IMG/VR virus record: IMGVR_UViG_3300020385_000006
Coordinates: 107,431-127,430 of that record
Source: an uncultured virus (IMG/VR IMGVR_UViG_3300020385_000006)
Lineage: Duplodnaviria; Heunggongvirae; Uroviricota; Caudoviricetes
Reading direction: 5' to 3' (one strand)
Length of the DNA stretch: 20,000 nt
Part shown: piece by piece, positions 16,691 to 20,000 of the stretch
Numbering within the stretch: position 1 is the first letter of the stretch
How the letters are laid out: every line of letters begins with the position of its first letter
The notes under the pieces: model-generated
The model's database searches: none
What the model was told of the DNA's origin: nothing
What the model saw: the letters and a program-made list of their open reading frames with translations, nothing else
Position numbers and translations under genes: made by a program

Positions 16691-17532
16691 TACTTAGTCT
16701 CCATATTTTTAAGTTCATTAACTAGTTCATAATATCGTAACATTGTTAATACATCCTTATCTTGAATAGAATGTTGATTAGATAATTTAGTTAATAAATT
16801 GGCAACCTCAGTTAATTTAATACGAATTACTTTATTAGGTACAGTTGACTTTAATGATATTATATTAGATTTCAATTCTGCAGTTTCTTTTAAAATATAT
16901 TTTTTAAGTTTTACAGAATTTGTCACATTATTAATATATTCACGAAGCATATTTTTCTGTGCCATTGATAATGTATTATATTTTTCATTGAATTTATCTA
17001 CAACTAATTTTGATGCCAACAATCTAACATCTTTATGTTGTGAAGATAATGTTGGAGCATTTTGCTTTTTTAAATTTTCAGTTTGAATATGTTCTATTAA
17101 AACATGTTTACTTGATACATATTCAGCCGGTTGGTCGGCTTCCGCAAATTCAAATATTTTATATGTAGATGCATGCACTTTATAATTTGTAATTCTAGAT
17201 TTAAAAAAGTCTTCTAAATTATAAGTGCTTTTCAAATCTTTTATCAAATTATATTTATCTCGCCTTAATTGTATCTCATTGAGTTGTTTACGAGATCTTA
17301 TAACTGCATCTATTAAATCAACTGCTTTTGATTCCGATAAAAATTTTTCTTGTGCGACAGTGCGATATAATTTTAATTCTTTAGCTAATTCTGAATTAGA
17401 TTTAAAATGTTTTTTAATCACGCGAAGTGCTTTTGAATTTTTATTATTCATTGTGTCCGAAGCCACCTGTCGTACGAGCAATTCAAATATAATACCGGTA
17501 TTTTTAACCTTAGAATGTTTTATTCGTTTCAT
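16690..17532 (-). CDS. Hypothetical basic helical protein downstream of portal (280 aa)
   Basis: Long ORF beginning MKRIKHSKVKNTGIIFELLVRQ, preceded by the CATATTTAT motif. Confidence 0.85.
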   Translation of the reverse strand: MKRIKHSKVKNTGIIFELLVRQVASDTMNNKNSKALRVIKKHFKSNSELAKELKLYRTVAQEKFLSESKAVDLIDAVIRSRKQLNEIQLRRDKYNLIKDLKSTYNLEDFFKSRITNYKVHASTYKIFEFAEADQPAEYVSSKHVLIEHIQTENLKKQNAPTLSSQHKDVRLLASKLVVDKFNEKYNTLSMAQKNMLREYINNVTNSVKLKKYILKETAELKSNIISLKSTVPNKVIRIKLTEVANLLTKLSNQHSIQDKDVLTMLRYYELVNELKNMETK

Positions 17533-17557
17533 GAAGCATCGCCCTGTATAATCATAC

Positions 17558-17572
17558 TTTTTAATAAATATG
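17558..17572 (-). promoter_or_regulatory. Candidate late promoter CATATTTATTAAAAA
   Basis: Variant of the repeated intergenic motif. Confidence 0.5.
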
Positions 17573-17598
17573 CTATTGTTTTAGAAATCAATATATAA

Positions 17599-19485
17599 TT
17601 ATTCCTCAATTAATTGAGACTCATCTAACATTGTTCCAGAATCTGGTTCACTTGATTCATTTATTAATGTTTGTTTTAAAATTTTAGATGATTTCATTGA
17701 ATTAATTAATGAATTTATTTGTATATTTTCTGTACTTAAAGGCGATCCACCACGGTACTGATGTTGTAATGGTGACTTATCTGTGGATAATGACGAGCCT
17801 AATGATTTAATTGCCAATGGATCACGTCCATGTGGTGAATCATGAGTCCCCCATGATTGATGTTTTTCTGGGCGACCTGTACCTGCTACATGTTCTTGCT
17901 CCTGGCCTGGTAATAAACCTCCTTTATTTGCAACATGCATTGAAGCAATGTCATGAGGCGTACCAAATGATTGATTTGTTTTTACAGGATCATTACCTTC
18001 TGATTTAATTTGTTCGCGACGGAAATCTTGTTTTAAATCTTCTATTACTTGTTCTTGTTCTCTAGTCCATTCATCATGACTTAATCCAAATACATTTTCA
18101 TATATCCATCGTTGCGAAAATAAATTAGATTCTTTCATATTTGTAGCTAATCCAATTTTACTTTCTAATACTTCTACTTTTTGTTTTTCGTATATAATAG
18201 ATGGGTTAGTTAAAGATAACTCAAAATTAACTAAATCCGCATCTTTATATCCTTGTGTATATAAATGTACAATTGCAATTTTAGTTAATTCAGATACAAA
18301 TATTTTTTGTATACGTTCAATTGTTCTTGCAAACCGAACATCTTCTGCTGCTAATGTTGCCTTTCCTTCAACTCCTTCATCATAACCTAAAAATGCTTTT
18401 GGTATTTTTAATGCAGAAAATAATTTATTTTTCAAGTAATCAATATCTTCAATTTGCCCTTCAGATGATAGACCTGGTAATGCTTCAATTGATGTACCAG
18501 ACTCGCCTCCACGAACTGGCATAAAATAATCTTCAATCATATTTTGCATATTAAATTTAAGATTATAATCTCCAGTCTTTTCATCAATATAAGGAACTTT
18601 TTTCATTTTACTCACAATTCCTTGAATATGGTTATCTACTTCTGCTGGTGGAATATTACCTACATCAATTTTAAATATTCTACGTTCTGGCGCTCTCATT
18701 ATACGATGAATTAACATTGCATCTTCCATAAGAGTTAATTGTTTAAATATTTTTCTAGCAGGTTCAATCATCGATTTACCATATGGTAAAAAGTTTGTAT
18801 CAGATAACATACGAAAATGAGCTATTTCAAAAGGTTGAAATTCTTGAGCATTTTGTTGATTATGATCAAATGATGCAAAATTATGAGAACCGCCTCCATG
18901 CGTATTTTGTAATGTAAATTTATACGCATACGGATTGTTTTCATCAAATCCTTCTTCTCTCATAATTTCATATGCAGATAAAGGCATTACATTTACAATT
19001 CCAACTTCTTCTTCTATATCTAAATGTAGATAAAAATCACCATATTTACATGCATTTCTAATCCATGGCCATAAGTTATAATCTATATTTAATATATCAT
19101 AAAATAAATTTCTTAAAATTTTTCGTATTTCATCGTTTGGAGAAGTGATAGTTAATGTATCACCATCCGGATCTTTTACAGTGGATTCGTCAGCGTAAAT
19201 ATCTAAAGCAGATGATAATATAGGATCCATATCCATGGATTCATAATCTGTAAATAATTCTACTTTAGATGTATGAAATGTCTGATTTTGGTTATATGTT
19301 CCATATCCCGGGGTTCCTCTGTGAACGCCGGAGAACCTGTCCACATAACGTTTATTAGATAAATTACCGGTTGATTGTAATCGATTTGTATCAACCGCCT
19401 TTAATCTATTTTTTGAGATTCTACGTACAACTACGTTAGTTGCAAATAATCTACTTAATCGTGCTCTTAATGAAGTATCTGTCAT
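17599..19485 (-). CDS. gp20: Portal protein, T4 gp20-like (628 aa)
   Basis: LMEDAMLIHRIMRAPERRIFKIDVGNIP, EDYFMPVRG..GTSIEALPG and IEDIDYLKNKLFSALKIPK are gp20 hallmarks. Confidence 0.96.
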   Translation of the reverse strand: MTDTSLRARLSRLFATNVVVRRISKNRLKAVDTNRLQSTGNLSNKRYVDRFSGVHRGTPGYGTYNQNQTFHTSKVELFTDYESMDMDPILSSALDIYADESTVKDPDGDTLTITSPNDEIRKILRNLFYDILNIDYNLWPWIRNACKYGDFYLHLDIEEEVGIVNVMPLSAYEIMREEGFDENNPYAYKFTLQNTHGGGSHNFASFDHNQQNAQEFQPFEIAHFRMLSDTNFLPYGKSMIEPARKIFKQLTLMEDAMLIHRIMRAPERRIFKIDVGNIPPAEVDNHIQGIVSKMKKVPYIDEKTGDYNLKFNMQNMIEDYFMPVRGGESGTSIEALPGLSSEGQIEDIDYLKNKLFSALKIPKAFLGYDEGVEGKATLAAEDVRFARTIERIQKIFVSELTKIAIVHLYTQGYKDADLVNFELSLTNPSIIYEKQKVEVLESKIGLATNMKESNLFSQRWIYENVFGLSHDEWTREQEQVIEDLKQDFRREQIKSEGNDPVKTNQSFGTPHDIASMHVANKGGLLPGQEQEHVAGTGRPEKHQSWGTHDSPHGRDPLAIKSLGSSLSTDKSPLQHQYRGGSPLSTENIQINSLINSMKSSKILKQTLINESSEPDSGTMLDESQLIEE

Positions 19486-19507
19486 AATTTACCTATATAA
19501 ATAAATA

Positions 19508-20000
19508 TTAGAGTAGCCATTTTAAATCGGAATTTTCACCATCTCCGGATTTCCATTGCCATTCTTTTGGAGTTTGCTGATTAGCTGAATATACTCCTTG
19601 CGATTTTCCAAAATGTCCTAATGCTTTTCTATTTAAATCCATTCCTTGTTGTTGCAATCTTAATGCCGTATCACGCATCCATAACCCTGTAGAAAATGAC
19701 ATTACAAGATCATCATTATAGCCTCGAGCAGCTTCTGCTCTATGACCTAACCAAACAAATGTAAATAACTCGTCTATCAATCGTTTTGAATGAACTATCG
19801 GTGTCTTATCTCTAAAATATGTTTCTAATTTTGATATTACTAATGGACGAGTTCTTGATGTCATTGAAAATCCAGGGACAGTTTTTGACTTACCTTTTAA
19901 ATCATAACCTTTACGTAAATGTATATCTTCATCCACATATCCATCTTGTTTATACGAATAATATAAATTTGAATATCCTTTATCTAACGCAACTTGAATT
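19508..20000 (-). CDS. gp17: Large terminase subunit, C-terminal nuclease domain (5' end outside the window)
   Basis: PGFSMTSRTRP, SKRLIDELFTFVW and AARGYNDDLVMS. The frame stays open upstream of 19936 to the window edge (IQVALDKGYSNLYYSYKQDGYVDE), and the gene lies directly upstream of portal. Confidence 0.92.
   Translation of the reverse strand, partial: IQVALDKGYSNLYYSYKQDGYVDEDIHLRKGYDLKGKSKTVPGFSMTSRTRPLVISKLETYFRDKTPIVHSKRLIDELFTFVWLGHRAEAARGYNDDLVMSFSTGLWMRDTALRLQQQGMDLNRKALGHFGKSQGVYSANQQTPKEWQWKSGDGENSDLKWLL

Noticed and set aside
220..18524. All plus-strand ORFs in the track (e.g. 220-480, 4432-4755, 13304-13555, 17225-17551) and the minus-strand 7282-7506 ORF
   Set aside because: They are antisense or alternate-frame shadows lying within long, coherent minus-strand genes and have no recognisable motifs.
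1..20000. Stop-codon reassignment (alternative genetic code)
   Set aside because: Genes are full length under the standard code, and TAG (MCP, ATPase, 137-aa, 69-aa) and TGA (215-aa) serve as genuine stops.
10881..20000. Introns or inteins in MCP, portal or terminase; tRNA genes in intergenic gaps
   Set aside because: The frames are continuous with no intein or homing-endonuclease motifs seen, and no cloverleaf or T-loop signature was found in the short gaps.

Overview
The window comes from a large, AT-rich T4-like (myovirus-type) phage, most likely infecting a Bacteroidota host. It covers the head-morphogenesis module, and all credible genes lie on the minus strand. Read from right to left they are: large terminase C-terminus, gp20-like portal, four small conserved or hypothetical proteins, gp21-like prohead protease, three small hypotheticals, a phage-encoded ribosomal protein bS21, an acidic scaffold, gp23-like major capsid protein, an AAA-type ATPase with its own host-type promoter, PhoH, two hypotheticals, a 547-aa fibre-like protein and a 161-aa protein. 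The last gene is a giant ORF (>2060 aa) that runs off the left edge and is missing from the ORF track. It is built from about eight copies of an unrecognised ~170-aa repeat, and two discoidin/F5-8C-like domains are inserted at the same point of two different repeats. The most striking regulatory pattern is that nearly all structural genes have Shine-Dalgarno-like motifs, whereas bS21 and the ATPase have SD-less, A-rich, Bacteroidota-style starts. This suggests that phage bS21 may redirect host ribosomes to late phage mRNAs. Other notable signals are a repeated CATATTTAT late-promoter candidate, a structured leader before scaffold/MCP, and strong [ST]-[GAS]-S tripeptide enrichment in predicted surface proteins. 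All calls come from reading motifs by eye; no searches were run.
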